A stretch of 40,634 bases of DNA from Candidatus Bathyarchaeia archaeon (GCA_050012755.1 JBEKGO010000025.1:1-40634); one strand, 5' to 3'. Numbered from the stretch's first letter, positions 18,833 to 29,481 are shown. A program made the numbers and translations. Notes: generated by a model not told the origin, from the sequence alone.

Positions 18833-18932
18833 TACCTGTCCTTTTTTGTGGAAATTTTTCTTTCTGCCTTTTTATAGTTAATTAAGACTTGCAAAAATAT
18901 TGAAAAAAGAGTTGAGGGAATTGTTTACTTGC

Positions 18933-19586
18933 TTAAATTTCTACGCTCGTCCTTTTGTTCAATTCAACTCCGGTGTCGACTTCGGGAAATTGGTCTCTAA
19001 TCCTCTTCTCTGCAGCTACCTCTGCTTCCTCCAAAATTGCTAGTGCATCCTCATTTACTGTTCCAATATTTACTGGCGACTCTGACGATTGGCTGGTTTG
19101 AGTGCAAATGTCCCCCAATAGGCTTCCGATGCTTTGAAGTTCCTGGCTTGCCTGTGGCAAAATGTCCGACATCCCAGAACGAACAGTGTTTAAGACGCTT
19201 GCTGCTGGACCTAAGATCGTAACTAAATCGCCCACTTCTGAAACAGTTCTTAGACGCATGGATACGCTTTCTAAAGCAAGGGATTCTTGAATCAGCATTT
19301 TTTCTGCTTTGCGTATTTCCCCAAGTTCGTTGGCAAATATGTTTGCTCGTGCCCTATCTCTATTTGCGAGGGCGTTTACTACGGATTGGAATATGATAGC
19401 ATCTCGGTTTTGAAAACGTTGTATCGCTGCATCTAATGTTTTGGTTTGGGTATCTAAGCGTTGAATAGCCGTGTTGATTTGGTCTTTTACATTTTCGGCT
19501 GGTTTGCCGATGCTTTTAATTTTTGTTGTTAATGATGGTTCTTCCTGCTCTTTGCTTTTCCATCGGGTGATGAATCGGTTACCCAA
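18933..19586 (-). CDS. cdvB: CdvB-like ESCRT-III (Snf7 family) protein
   Basis: Helical core RANIFANELGEIRK...LALESVSMRLRTVSEVGD and acidic EDALAILEEAE; TTG start at 19586 with AGGAGA upstream preferred over GTG at 19715. Confidence 0.82.
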   Translation of the reverse strand: MGNRFITRWKSKEQEEPSLTTKIKSIGKPAENVKDQINTAIQRLDTQTKTLDAAIQRFQNRDAIIFQSVVNALANRDRARANIFANELGEIRKAEKMLIQESLALESVSMRLRTVSEVGDLVTILGPAASVLNTVRSGMSDILPQASQELQSIGSLLGDICTQTSQSSESPVNIGTVNEDALAILEEAEVAAEKRIRDQFPEVDTGVELNKRTSVEI

Positions 19587-19854
19587 ATTAATTTCTCCTA
19601 ATTTGTTTCCTGCTTCACTCTGGGATGACGATATAAAAAATTGTTTGAAATAATAAGTTAAAACTAAAGTCGCGAAAAACTTCGTTTTTAATTTTATTTC
19701 TAAACAATTAACCACTTGAACGGTTTTCTGAATTAGAAGTCACGGCAAGCCAATGAAATTTGTATTTAAACGCTACTTTCTTGCAAGCAATCTTTTCCCG
19801 CGTCTCCTATCTGTGGCTGTCTTAAAACATAAGAGTGCATATATGATTTAAAGT

Positions 19855-21096
19855 CTATTTTCTTATTTGTCCGCTGCCTAAAATAATGTATTTTGTCGTA
19901 GTTAGGTGTTGCACGCTCATGGGTCCTCTTGCGTGAAGTTTTTGGGTGCTGATGCCGATTTCTGCGCCTAATCCGAACTGGTTGCCGTCTGTGAATCGTG
20001 TTGATGCGTTCCAGTAGACTGCTGCCGAATCAATTTCTTTTATGAATTTCATGGCTTTGTCGAAATCTGTTGTAAGAATTGAGTCCGAGTGTTTGGTGCC
20101 GTATTTGTTGATGTGCGCTATAGCCTCGTCCAGGTTTTTAACGACTTTGACGCCCATTATTAAGTCTAAGTATTCGGTGTACCAGTCCTGCTCTGTTGCA
20201 GGCTTCACGTCTGAAACGATTTTGCGGGTTTCTTCGTCGCCTCTAACTTCTACACCTTCTTTTCGCAGAGCAGCGATCACAATGGGCAGATAACGTTTGG
20301 CAATTCTGCTGTGGACTAAGAGCTTTTCAGCTGCGTTGCAGGTTCCAGGTCTTTGGCATTTGGAGTTTATCACTATCGGTGTTGCTTTTTCTAAATCTGC
20401 GTCTTCTTCAACGTAAATGTGGCAGTTGCCCGTTCCAGTTTCAATAACTGGGATCCGTGAAGTCTCAACCACAGTTTTGATTAGGTCGGAGCCACCACGG
20501 GGAATAAGCACGTCAATGTATTGGTGCATACGCATCATTTCTTCTGCAACTTTGCGGTCAGGCGAATTCACAACTTGAATTGCGTTAACAGGCACGGCTG
20601 TTGCTGATAAGGCGTCGCGTAGGGCTTTACCGATGGCAACGTTTGATTGTAAAGCATCTGAGCCGCCTCTGAGAATAACAGCGTTACCTGATTTGATGCA
20701 AATACTTGCGGAATCGGAGGTTACGTTGGGTCGTGACTCATAAATTACACCCACAACGCCCAAGGGTACACGGACTTGGCTAATTATCAAACCGTTGGGG
20801 CGTGTCCAAGTACTGATTATCGTGCCAATTGGGTCTGCTAAGGCTGAAACTTCCCGCATATCCTTAGCCATACCCTGAATTTTCTTTTCATCCAATGCCA
20901 AACGGTCAAGCAACGACGCTTTGAGCCCTCTAGCTTTAGCCGCTTCCACATCTGCCTTGTTTGCCGCCAAAATCTTCTCCGCATTTGCTTCAAGAGCGTT
21001 TGCCATTCTGCAAAGCGCGGTGTTCTTGGCATCCGCTGAAAGCTTCGCCATTTCAACTGAAGCTGCCTTTGCCCTCTGGCATATTTCGGTTATCAT
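19855..21096 (-). CDS. proA: Gamma-glutamyl phosphate reductase
   Basis: VPLGVVGVIYESRPNVT, CNAAE, NASTRFTDG.FGLGAEIGISTQKLHARGP. Confidence 0.97.
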   Translation of the reverse strand: MITEICQRAKAASVEMAKLSADAKNTALCRMANALEANAEKILAANKADVEAAKARGLKASLLDRLALDEKKIQGMAKDMREVSALADPIGTIISTWTRPNGLIISQVRVPLGVVGVIYESRPNVTSDSASICIKSGNAVILRGGSDALQSNVAIGKALRDALSATAVPVNAIQVVNSPDRKVAEEMMRMHQYIDVLIPRGGSDLIKTVVETSRIPVIETGTGNCHIYVEEDADLEKATPIVINSKCQRPGTCNAAEKLLVHSRIAKRYLPIVIAALRKEGVEVRGDEETRKIVSDVKPATEQDWYTEYLDLIMGVKVVKNLDEAIAHINKYGTKHSDSILTTDFDKAMKFIKEIDSAAVYWNASTRFTDGNQFGLGAEIGISTQKLHARGPMSVQHLTTTKYIILGSGQIRK

Positions 21097-22220
21097 TTTT
21101 CTTCCCCGATTAAGTGAATATTTCTATGCTCAACGGCTTCTTTAGGCTTATTGGACCCAAATTTCTTTTGTACACCTGAGGCTTGTAATCCTTTAATCAG
21201 GTTTAACTGGCCGCTTGCGTAGCTGGGGTTGGCTTTTGCAAATTCGACTTTGTCTTCGTCGACTAAGCTGACGACGTCACCAACGTTAAAGTTCCCAACA
21301 ACTCGGGTTACGCCAACGGGCAAAAGGCTTGAGCCTTCAAGAATGGCTTTCTTTGCGCCTTCATTCACGTGTATTTCACCTTTGACTGCAGCTCCATATG
21401 CTATCCAGCGTTTTACAAACGGCATAGGGTTCTGGGGCTTAAAATATGTGCCAACGTCTTTTCCTGAGAGAATGTCAACTAGAACGTTTTCTCTTCTGCT
21501 GTTCGCAATCACAAGCGTGATACCGCATGATGTAGCGATTTCAGCAGCTTTTATTTTGCTTTGGATTCCGCCTCTCCCCAACTTGCTTTTCCCGTTAAGA
21601 GAGGCTTTTAATTCAGGAGTTATGGCGTCTACGTTTTTGATTAGTTTTGCGCCTACTTCTTGCGGGTCAGCCGTGTATAAACCATCGACGTCTGACAGAA
21701 TTATTGTCATGTCTGCACCCATTGCGCCCGCTACCAGAACCGATAGGATATCGTTATCGCTGAAGTTGACTTTGTAACCTTCAGTTCGCTTAAGTTCAGC
21801 TACTGAGGTTACGTCGTTTTCATTGATTATTGGGATAACGCCTGATTTTAGAAGCATCATTAATACGTTGCAGGTATGCAAGTACGATGCCCTGTTAGAT
21901 AGGTCCTCTGCTGTAAGCAGGATTTGTGCAACTTTTAATTTGTGCTTTTTGAAGAGTTCACGGTACTTGGCCATCAGCACGCTTTGGCCTGTTGCGGCTG
22001 CAGCCTGTTGAAAAACCACATCATTGGGTTTAGAGGGTATGCCGAGTTCTGCTATGCCTGCAGCTACAGCTCCTGATGTTACAAGCACGACTTTGTCGCC
22101 TTGTCTGATCACAGCGGCTATTTCACTGGTTAGCTTTTGCATTTCTTTTTCGTCAAGGTTTCCTTTGCCATTTGTTATGCCGCTGGTGCCAACTTTCACA
22201 ACTATTAATCTTGAAAGCAT
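21093..22220 (-). CDS. proB: Glutamate 5-kinase with PUA domain
   Basis: VVKVGTS, LVTSGAVAAG, IINEND, FSDNDILS, GGIQSKI; 4-nt overlap with proA. Confidence 0.97.
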   Translation of the reverse strand: MLSRLIVVKVGTSGITNGKGNLDEKEMQKLTSEIAAVIRQGDKVVLVTSGAVAAGIAELGIPSKPNDVVFQQAAAATGQSVLMAKYRELFKKHKLKVAQILLTAEDLSNRASYLHTCNVLMMLLKSGVIPIINENDVTSVAELKRTEGYKVNFSDNDILSVLVAGAMGADMTIILSDVDGLYTADPQEVGAKLIKNVDAITPELKASLNGKSKLGRGGIQSKIKAAEIATSCGITLVIANSRRENVLVDILSGKDVGTYFKPQNPMPFVKRWIAYGAAVKGEIHVNEGAKKAILEGSSLLPVGVTRVVGNFNVGDVVSLVDEDKVEFAKANPSYASGQLNLIKGLQASGVQKKFGSNKPKEAVEHRNIHLIGEEK

Positions 22221-22397
22221 CGCTTTATCCCTTTAAATTCCAGACTTATTGAGTTATGTCCGAAACTTCCTTAAAAATGCAACCAAATTTAGCCTCTGAC
22301 ATTTTTCTTTATTCATGTAAATTAGCGGTTTAACCATAACCAAATCGTGACTTTGTTAGAAAAACATATAAAGAAAATGCGCGTGGCTTGTTAAAAC

Positions 22398-24605
22398 ATG
22401 TTCATACCCTTACAAGCTTTAGCAACATCTCTTAACTCACCGTCCCCACTTGTATTTTGGATTGCACCAATCGCTGGTGTTATCGCCGTTCTTGCTTCAC
22501 TTTTGCTCATGCGTCATATAGGCAGAATGAGCGCCGGCGGACCAAAAGCTCAAGAAGTAGGAAACGCCATTCGGGAAGGCGCCTATGCTTTCCTGAAAAG
22601 GCAATACAAAACAATCGCTATAATCACAGTAGTAGTGTTCGTGTTGCTGTGGGTTGCTTTGCCAAGCGGATATCTTGGCGTAGGCACGGCGGCTGCCTTC
22701 TTAGTAGGTGCAGTCGCGTCGTTGGCTGCTGGCTACATAGCCATGGACAACGCAACCAAAGCAAACGTTCGAACGGTTGCAGCGGCAAAAGAAGGCGCTG
22801 AAAAAGCTTTAAAAACCGCGTTTTACGGCGGCGCCACGATGGGTATGGCTGTTGTTGGTTTATCTCTTTTAGGTGTAAGTTTTCTATTCTTGCTTTACGG
22901 TGGCTACAATGCCATGTTCGGCACACTAAGTGTTTCTGACGCTGCCACATTAGGTAGATCAGCTGCAAGCGGCATTGTCGGTATGGGTTTTGGTGCCTCA
23001 TTAATCGCTTTATTCGCCCAGCTTGGAGGTGGAATATACACTAAAGCCGCAGATGTCGGCGCAGACTTGGTCGGCAAAGTTGAAGCAGGCATTCCAGAAG
23101 ATGACCCACGCAACCCAGCAGTAATCGCCGATAACGTTGGCGACAATGTTGGTGACTCGGCTGGAAGAGGCGCAGACTTATTTGAATCTGCCACTGGGGA
23201 AAACATCGGTGGAATGATCATTGGTGGCTTAATCAGCATCGCCACGGGAAACCTACTATTCTTGGTTTTCCCGCTTATTGCTCGAGCTCTAGGCATCTTT
23301 GCAACCTTAATCGGAATGCCATTCGTGAAGCTCAATGAGGCAGAAGCCAAGCATCCAATGAAAGCTTTGAGAAAAGGTCTTATGGTAACCACGATAGTGT
23401 CAGGCATTTTGTTTCTACTCGCTACAATTTTCTTGTTAGGCAACGGCGACTTCTCAATGACCTTCTTCTACCTGTACTTCTGCTTGCTTTCAGGTTTAGC
23501 TGCAAGCGTAGCAATCGACTATATCACTGACTACTACACTGGAAGTGACCGTGGTCCAGTTGGACGAATAGCTAAAGCTAGCCAAACAGGAGCCGCAACT
23601 AACATTATCACAGGTTTTGCAGTGGGTCTCGAAACAACAGCATTGCCAATAGTATCGCTAGTTATTGCTCTCGTCACATCCTACTACTTCGGTACACAAT
23701 TCGCAGTTTCGTGGAATGCCACACATGCAGCTCAAATTACACCTTTTATAGGCGGAATTTACGGAACCACACTTGCCACGATGGGTATGCTTGCAGTCAT
23801 GGGCATGGTTCTAGCCTTAGATGGCTTTGGACCAATCGCCGACAACGCAGCAGGCATAGCAGAAATGTCAGGCGAAGGCGGCGCAGAAGAAACCATGGAA
23901 GCATTAGACGCAGTTGGAAACACAACAAAAGCATTAACCAAAGGCTTTGCACTCGGCTCAGCCCTCCTTGCGGCGCAACTGCTCTTCCAAACGTACGCTT
24001 CAGAAGTTACTTCACACACTGGCAAAACCTTTGTTGTAGATATCTCTAATCCAGCCGTGCTAATCGCAGGATTCATTGGAGCAATGTTGCCATTCTTCTT
24101 CTCCTCACAAGCAATCAGTGCAGTTGGAAAAGCAGCTGGAGAAATGGTTGAAGAAGTCAGGAGGCAATTCAGAGAAATCCCAGGTATCATGGAAGGAACC
24201 GGCAAACCTGACTACGGTAAAGCTGTAGACATCAGCACAAAAGCTGCGTTAAAAGGCATGGTGCTTCCAGGATTAATCCTTGTAATAGTTCCAGTAATCG
24301 TAGGTGTCTTGCTGGGGCCAGAAGCGGTGGGCGCATTTGTAATCGGGGCAACTCTATCAGCAGTTCCCCTAGCGCTTTTCATGAATACTGGCGGAGGCGC
24401 ATGGGACAACGCAAAGAAATTCATTGAAACCGGCAAATACGGTGGCAAAGGCTCACCTGCACACGCAGCAGCAGTAGTAGGCGACACAGTAGGAGACCCA
24501 TTAAAAGACACAGCAGGGCCAAGCCTTCACGTACTCATAAAACTGCTCAGCACATTATCAATCGTCTTCATCCCGCTGTTCATAAACCTGCTACACCTCA
24601 TCTAA
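22398..24605 (+). CDS. hppA: Membrane-bound pyrophosphatase, K+-independent type
   Basis: GGGIYTKAADVGADLVGKVE, EDDPRNP, GGGAWDNAKK, GDTVGDPLKD; GNTTKA carries the Lys that marks K+-independent enzymes. Confidence 0.95.
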   Translation: MFIPLQALATSLNSPSPLVFWIAPIAGVIAVLASLLLMRHIGRMSAGGPKAQEVGNAIREGAYAFLKRQYKTIAIITVVVFVLLWVALPSGYLGVGTAAAFLVGAVASLAAGYIAMDNATKANVRTVAAAKEGAEKALKTAFYGGATMGMAVVGLSLLGVSFLFLLYGGYNAMFGTLSVSDAATLGRSAASGIVGMGFGASLIALFAQLGGGIYTKAADVGADLVGKVEAGIPEDDPRNPAVIADNVGDNVGDSAGRGADLFESATGENIGGMIIGGLISIATGNLLFLVFPLIARALGIFATLIGMPFVKLNEAEAKHPMKALRKGLMVTTIVSGILFLLATIFLLGNGDFSMTFFYLYFCLLSGLAASVAIDYITDYYTGSDRGPVGRIAKASQTGAATNIITGFAVGLETTALPIVSLVIALVTSYYFGTQFAVSWNATHAAQITPFIGGIYGTTLATMGMLAVMGMVLALDGFGPIADNAAGIAEMSGEGGAEETMEALDAVGNTTKALTKGFALGSALLAAQLLFQTYASEVTSHTGKTFVVDISNPAVLIAGFIGAMLPFFFSSQAISAVGKAAGEMVEEVRRQFREIPGIMEGTGKPDYGKAVDISTKAALKGMVLPGLILVIVPVIVGVLLGPEAVGAFVIGATLSAVPLALFMNTGGGAWDNAKKFIETGKYGGKGSPAHAAAVVGDTVGDPLKDTAGPSLHVLIKLLSTLSIVFIPLFINLLHLI

Positions 24606-24609
24606 GAGG

Positions 24610-24645
24610 ATTTTTTTTTCTTCCTCTTTTCTTATTTTCTATTTA
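24610..24645 (+). terminator. Oligo-T archaeal terminator after hppA
   Basis: T9 run followed by a T/C-rich tract just after the stop codon. Confidence 0.55.
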
Positions 24646-24716
24646 GAACTAGAACGGTGCCGATGTACTATGTTTTTATTTCTTGGTGATGCAACTAGCT
24701 AAGAGAAGTGTAGACT

Positions 24717-25799
24717 TTGAAAATTGTTCAAAAAAATATCGAACAGGATTTCGTAAAAGTAGTTCCTGACTCGCCAGATGATCTATGGCACCTATACAAC
24801 ATCATCTACGCTGGCGATGAAGTTTACGCTTACAGTTCAAGAGCCATAAAAAGCGACACAGAAGCTTCACGACCAAAAAGTGGCGAGCGGGTTTCAGCTT
24901 TTATGGGCGTTAAAGTTATTTCCGTTGGCTGGGACAAATTTCTTGGTAAACTTCGGGTTCATGGCTTAATTTGTCATGCACCTGACATCATTCCCACTGG
25001 CGCCCATCATACTCTTAGTATAGCGTTGAATCAGCCAGTAACAATAGTGAAGAAAGAATGGCCTAAGCATATCTTGGATAGGCTGGAGCGGGCAAGCGAA
25101 ACCGAAAAACCGATGTTAATAATCTCCATCGACGATGAAGGCTTCGCTATAGCAGAAACCAAACAGTACGGCGTAGAAATCAAAGTGGAAGAACGCATCA
25201 AACTGCCTGGCAAACATGAAGCCGACAAACGGGTCGAAGGAACAAAAGCGTATTTTCGCCGAGCTGTCAACACCCTCCAGCAACTTTGGAGTCAAAATCA
25301 CAATCCAATTGTAATTATCGGTGCAGGCTTTATCAAAACCGATTTCGCAAAATACCTCTCTGAAGAAGCCCGGGAAATGTCCAAATTCGTTGCTGATGTG
25401 AAAAGCGTTAACAATGGAGGCACCGCAGGCATATACGAAGCACTACGTTCGGGTGTCTTATTGCGAGCATCTCATCAACTGCGCATCGTTGATGAAACAG
25501 AACTTGTTGAGGAAGTTATGAAGCGGTTGGGTAAAGGTGAAGGCACAGTCACTTATGGCTTGGAAGCGGTGGAAAACGCCGCCAACATGGGAGCTATTGA
25601 AAAATTAGTGGTTGCTGACACAGTGCTTCGTGATGCTGAAGAGAAGCAGCGCTTGAAATTGGAAGGTCTTATGCGGGATGTGGAGAAGCGGCGAGCAAAT
25701 GTGACTGTTGTGAGCACAGAACATGAGGCAGGCTCAAAACTGTTGGCTCTGGGCGGAATCGCAGCTTTGCTAAGGTTCCCAATTTACCGAGACAAATAA
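24717..25799 (+). CDS. pelA: Pelota/Dom34 ribosome rescue factor
   Basis: DDLWHLYNII..GD.V, GAHHTL, GGIAALLRFP. Confidence 0.95.
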   Translation: MKIVQKNIEQDFVKVVPDSPDDLWHLYNIIYAGDEVYAYSSRAIKSDTEASRPKSGERVSAFMGVKVISVGWDKFLGKLRVHGLICHAPDIIPTGAHHTLSIALNQPVTIVKKEWPKHILDRLERASETEKPMLIISIDDEGFAIAETKQYGVEIKVEERIKLPGKHEADKRVEGTKAYFRRAVNTLQQLWSQNHNPIVIIGAGFIKTDFAKYLSEEAREMSKFVADVKSVNNGGTAGIYEALRSGVLLRASHQLRIVDETELVEEVMKRLGKGEGTVTYGLEAVENAANMGAIEKLVVADTVLRDAEEKQRLKLEGLMRDVEKRRANVTVVSTEHEAGSKLLALGGIAALLRFPIYRDK

Positions 25800-25908
25800 C
25801 GTAATGATACTTAACGATTTTTCATGCTGGTTAGCTGTTACGTGCCCTTTAAATAGATGCTTTATATACCCCCTTTTGCTATTTAAATAGCCAAATACGT
25901 GATTTGAC

Positions 25909-26472
25909 ATGAGCAAAAGAAAACCGATCATCAACATACAGAACATTGTCGCCTCAGTCTCACTTAACCAAAAAATCGACTTACAAAAAATCGTAGAAAA
26001 ATTCCCCCAAACCGAATACAACCCAAGCGTATTTCCAGGCTTAGTTTTCCGATTAAAAAAACCTAAAACAGCCACCCTAATTTTCGGCACCGGCAAAATG
26101 GTTTGCACAGGCGCAAAATCCGAAAAGGAATCTCGAAGTGCAGTAGAAAAAGTTGTTAAAGAACTGCGAAGTGAAGGCATCCAAATCACGGAAAAACCCG
26201 TTGTAATGATCCAAAACATAGTTGCATCAGCTGAGCTTGGCGGCGAAATCGACCTTGAAAGCTTGGTTTACAAACTGAGCAAAGTCATGTATGAGCCAGA
26301 ACAGTTCCCAGGTGCTGTATACCGAATGGACGAGCCCAAAGTTGTGTTCCTAATTTTCTCAGCTGGAAAACTCGTTTGTGTTGGTGCCAAAAAAGAAGGG
26401 CAAGTTTACGAAGCAGTCGACAAAATTCAGGCGCTACTAGAAGAAAAAGAACTTATCTACTACCCCTCATAA
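25909..26472 (+). CDS. tbp: TATA-box binding protein
   Basis: Two repeats: NIVAS...YNPSVFPGL..R...LIFGTGKMVCTGAK and NIVAS...YEPEQFPG...LIFSAGKLVCVGAK. Confidence 0.98.
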   Translation: MSKRKPIINIQNIVASVSLNQKIDLQKIVEKFPQTEYNPSVFPGLVFRLKKPKTATLIFGTGKMVCTGAKSEKESRSAVEKVVKELRSEGIQITEKPVVMIQNIVASAELGGEIDLESLVYKLSKVMYEPEQFPGAVYRMDEPKVVFLIFSAGKLVCVGAKKEGQVYEAVDKIQALLEEKELIYYPS

Positions 26473-26474
26473 AC

Positions 26475-27179
26475 CTATTTTTTCATTCTTCGTCGAACTG
26501 CAGGATTGTTTTCTGATAGTTTTTTGAGTGCTAATTCAAACGTCTCGTCCGGAGCCAACTCTTTTTTGATGAAAACTCCCGTTCTACCTACAGAGTCACG
26601 TTTGATAAGCGTGTGCACTCTATCCAAGACGGTTTCTGCGGAAATTCCCAATGTTTTAGCTGCAGATTCTTCTTTGCCGATGATGCTGCTTTCAACATGG
26701 CCCTTTTCCGTTGGCTCAATAAGCATAAGCCGTTTATCCACTCCTGCAACCCGAATATCCATCTTAAGCTGCACAAAATTGGCCTCTCCACCAAAACGAT
26801 AAAATTCCCTCTCCACCCGGCGCATCTGCATCAGCGGAAAAGAAACCGTTGTCTGCTCATCAACTTCAATATGTGCTTTCATAGCGTAGTTTGGTGTGGC
26901 TTGAATAATGTATCTTGTATTAATCGGGACATGCGCTTTTTCCAGCGCCGTTTCCACAAGGAAGCTGTTCTGTGCTTCGCCGATAAAAATGTCGATATCA
27001 CTGGTTTTGTTCACATCGCCTCTAGCTATGCTTCCATTCACAATTGAACGCAAATGAAACTCTTCCAAAGTAACCATGATTTTTTCAGCCTGACTTCTAA
27101 GCGCTTTTAAAAGTTGCCATCGTTCAGCAGCGTATGTTACTTCTTTGTAATCTGAGGATCTAGTAGGTTTAACAGCCAT
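26475..27179 (-). CDS. Conserved archaeal pol-beta-like nucleotidyltransferase
   Basis: GSIARGDV...SDIDI motif; EFYRFGG, RVAGVDKRL, GRTGVF. Confidence 0.85.
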   Translation of the reverse strand: MAVKPTRSSDYKEVTYAAERWQLLKALRSQAEKIMVTLEEFHLRSIVNGSIARGDVNKTSDIDIFIGEAQNSFLVETALEKAHVPINTRYIIQATPNYAMKAHIEVDEQTTVSFPLMQMRRVEREFYRFGGEANFVQLKMDIRVAGVDKRLMLIEPTEKGHVESSIIGKEESAAKTLGISAETVLDRVHTLIKRDSVGRTGVFIKKELAPDETFELALKKLSENNPAVRRRMKK

Positions 27180-27257
27180 TTTACCCCAGCCATTTTAAGT
27201 TGTTAGTAAGCATTGTTTATTTACCTTAATAGTTTAATCAAATCCTAATAGTGAACC

Positions 27258-28199
27258 ATGATGACTGCCTCAGTCTGCACCGCCTGCAAAACCAAAGAAG
27301 CCTTCTTCCACAGGCAATATTCAGGGGAAACACTATGCAAAAGATGTTTCACTCAATCAATAGAAGCAAAAGTTAGAGCAACAATAAGTCGCTATCACAT
27401 GCTCAAGTTCGATGACCATTTAGCGGTAGCTATTTCAGGTGGCAAAGACAGCCTAAGCCTACTGCATATTTTGGCTAAGTTGAAGCGGTTTCGCCCAAAA
27501 ACCACGCTGACCGCCGTTACCGTAGACGAGGGCATAGACGGTTACAGGAATGAAGCCTTAGAAATTGCAGCAGCTAACTGCAAACAACTTGAAATTCCAC
27601 ATCACATTGTCTCATTTAAGGAACTTTACGGTTTCACATTGGACGAAATAGTTTCTAGGGTACGTAGTAAGGGTGAAACAGAATTGACTGCTTGCGCTTA
27701 CTGCGGGGTTTTGCGTCGAAAAGCCATAAATGCTGGGGCAAGACAAGTCCACGCCAACAAAGTTGCTACCGGCCACACGTTAGATGACGAGGTTCAAACG
27801 GTTATTATGAATATTTTCCATGGCGATATCATGCGTTTGGCTAAGGAAAAACCAGTCACCAGCGAGGTTCATCCGCTTCTAGTGCAGAAGATTAAGCCTT
27901 TCTGTGAAATCCCAGAAAAAGAAAGCGCACTCTACGCTTACATCAAAAAAATAAAGTTCCAAGATACACCATGCCCCTACGCTTCTGAAGCCCTACGCAA
28001 CGATATTCGAGGCATGATAAACCTAATGGAAACAAAGCATGCGGGAGCAAAATTCACAGTTTTCAAAGCGATAGAACGCTTAAGACCAGCGTTAGAGGAA
28101 ACAGCTAAAAAAGAAAAATTTAAGACATGTATTGAATGCGGGGAACCTTCGGCGTTGGATTTGTGCAAATGCTGTGAGATGCTGCGACACGTACGCTAA
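27258..28199 (+). CDS. tRNA 2-thiolation protein (NcsA/TtuA/Ctu1 family)
   Basis: Terminal Zn-finger CxxC pairs, PP-loop SGGKDS, CAYCGVLRR, TGHTLDDE, CPYA. Confidence 0.9.
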   Translation: MMTASVCTACKTKEAFFHRQYSGETLCKRCFTQSIEAKVRATISRYHMLKFDDHLAVAISGGKDSLSLLHILAKLKRFRPKTTLTAVTVDEGIDGYRNEALEIAAANCKQLEIPHHIVSFKELYGFTLDEIVSRVRSKGETELTACAYCGVLRRKAINAGARQVHANKVATGHTLDDEVQTVIMNIFHGDIMRLAKEKPVTSEVHPLLVQKIKPFCEIPEKESALYAYIKKIKFQDTPCPYASEALRNDIRGMINLMETKHAGAKFTVFKAIERLRPALEETAKKEKFKTCIECGEPSALDLCKCCEMLRHVR

Positions 28200-28432
28200 A
28201 GTTTGGGGTTAAATCCCTGTTCACTTTTTAATTTGCGGAGCATTTCGGAAGCTTCAAATGCATTCGCGGCTGAAGCAACTTTCTGCGCTCTAAACAGATT
28301 TACTTGTGTGCCGCAGTATGGACAGATTTTTGTTTTTTGCCCCTTAGCCGTTAACATTAAACCGCCGCATTTTGAACATTTTACAATCAGTGTTGGCTTC
28401 AATTGCATTTGGCTTCCGAAAGGCTTTTCCAC
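28196..28432 (-). CDS. Small Zn-ribbon protein (DUF1922-like)
   Basis: CSKCG...QKTKICPYCG followed by a helical tail. Confidence 0.7.
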   Translation of the reverse strand: MEKPFGSQMQLKPTLIVKCSKCGGLMLTAKGQKTKICPYCGTQVNLFRAQKVASAANAFEASEMLRKLKSEQGFNPKL

Positions 28433-28475
28433 ACACAGGTTGATAACAGTTTAGTTAGGGAAGAAGCGCGAGAAC

Positions 28476-28838
28476 ATGAGCATTGATGATGAACAGCCTA
28501 AGCCAAGGTCTCATTTGTTAGATTTGGCTATTCAATATTTTAAGAAAGAAGGTTACAAAGTAAACGGCGAAAACGCCACACTGGAGGGTCACAGCGGTGT
28601 TACTAGACATTTTGACCTGATTGTACAGAAGGGGCGCCTGGAGCAGGGCGTTTGGGTCAGGGATTGGAACAGAACCATAGGCGTAAACGTCATAATAAAT
28701 CTGGATATGGCTTCAGAAGATGTAGATTTATCCAGCCCCATTATGATTGGCGAAAAATTCAGCGACCACGCCAAATCCTACAGCAACAGACGCAAATTAA
28801 CATTATTAACTAAACAGAAATTAGGCAGCTTCAGATAG
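28476..28838 (+). CDS. Mrr-like restriction-endonuclease-fold protein, probably catalytically divergent
   Basis: YFKKEGYKV...LEGHSG..RHFDL...FSDHAKSY Mrr-like pattern; the usual (D/E)xK position reads WVR. Confidence 0.65.
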   Translation: MSIDDEQPKPRSHLLDLAIQYFKKEGYKVNGENATLEGHSGVTRHFDLIVQKGRLEQGVWVRDWNRTIGVNVIINLDMASEDVDLSSPIMIGEKFSDHAKSYSNRRKLTLLTKQKLGSFR

Positions 28839-28839
28839 T

Positions 28840-29424
28840 TTAGGCTTTAAGATATTGGTCCGTTATCCCTTCGTGTTCAAGCATACCTAGCCAATCCACA
28901 ATGCCGCTATAGCATTTTTTGCCTTTATCTAAAACATCTATGATTTCGCCGATTATTTCTTCAACTGTTTTCCCAGTAACGTCTAATTCGCAAACTTTAC
29001 CCTGCTGAGATTGCATGGCTTCAATGAGGCAAACGTCAAGTATTTCAGCCGACAGGTTCTCCCACATCTTGGTGTCCGAATAACCGCATTTCTCCATAAA
29101 CTTTTTTAGTTCTTTGGGGTTTCGACGCAAAACAAAAACTTGTGAAACGAGGCTGGTTGGGGTGACTGCCGCTGCATAGTGCCCGTCGATTATGATGTTG
29201 ACGTTGTTTAAGGCAGTGATAGTTTCGGCAAGCCTTGTCTGCATTTTTTCTTCGTTGATTATGATGGTTTTTCTTTCTTTATCTTCGCCTAATGTTAAAC
29301 CGTGGGTTTTTGCATATTCGGTTAGGTTGATGTATTCGGCGTTGAGTTTGCCAGAAAGCGCTTTTGCCACGGTTGTTTTTCCCGTGCAGGGAGTGCCTGT
29401 TATGAGGATGACGCGTTTATTCAT
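28840..29424 (-). CDS. AK6/Fap7-family adenylate kinase
   Basis: ITGTPCTGKTT, IIDGHY, K..EN..AEILDVC..EA. Confidence 0.9.
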   Translation of the reverse strand: MNKRVILITGTPCTGKTTVAKALSGKLNAEYINLTEYAKTHGLTLGEDKERKTIIINEEKMQTRLAETITALNNVNIIIDGHYAAAVTPTSLVSQVFVLRRNPKELKKFMEKCGYSDTKMWENLSAEILDVCLIEAMQSQQGKVCELDVTGKTVEEIIGEIIDVLDKGKKCYSGIVDWLGMLEHEGITDQYLKA

Positions 29425-29481
29425 GAATGTACTTGTGTGGGTGGGAAATTCTTATTGCTTCCGATTGTGCATTAAGTTTTT

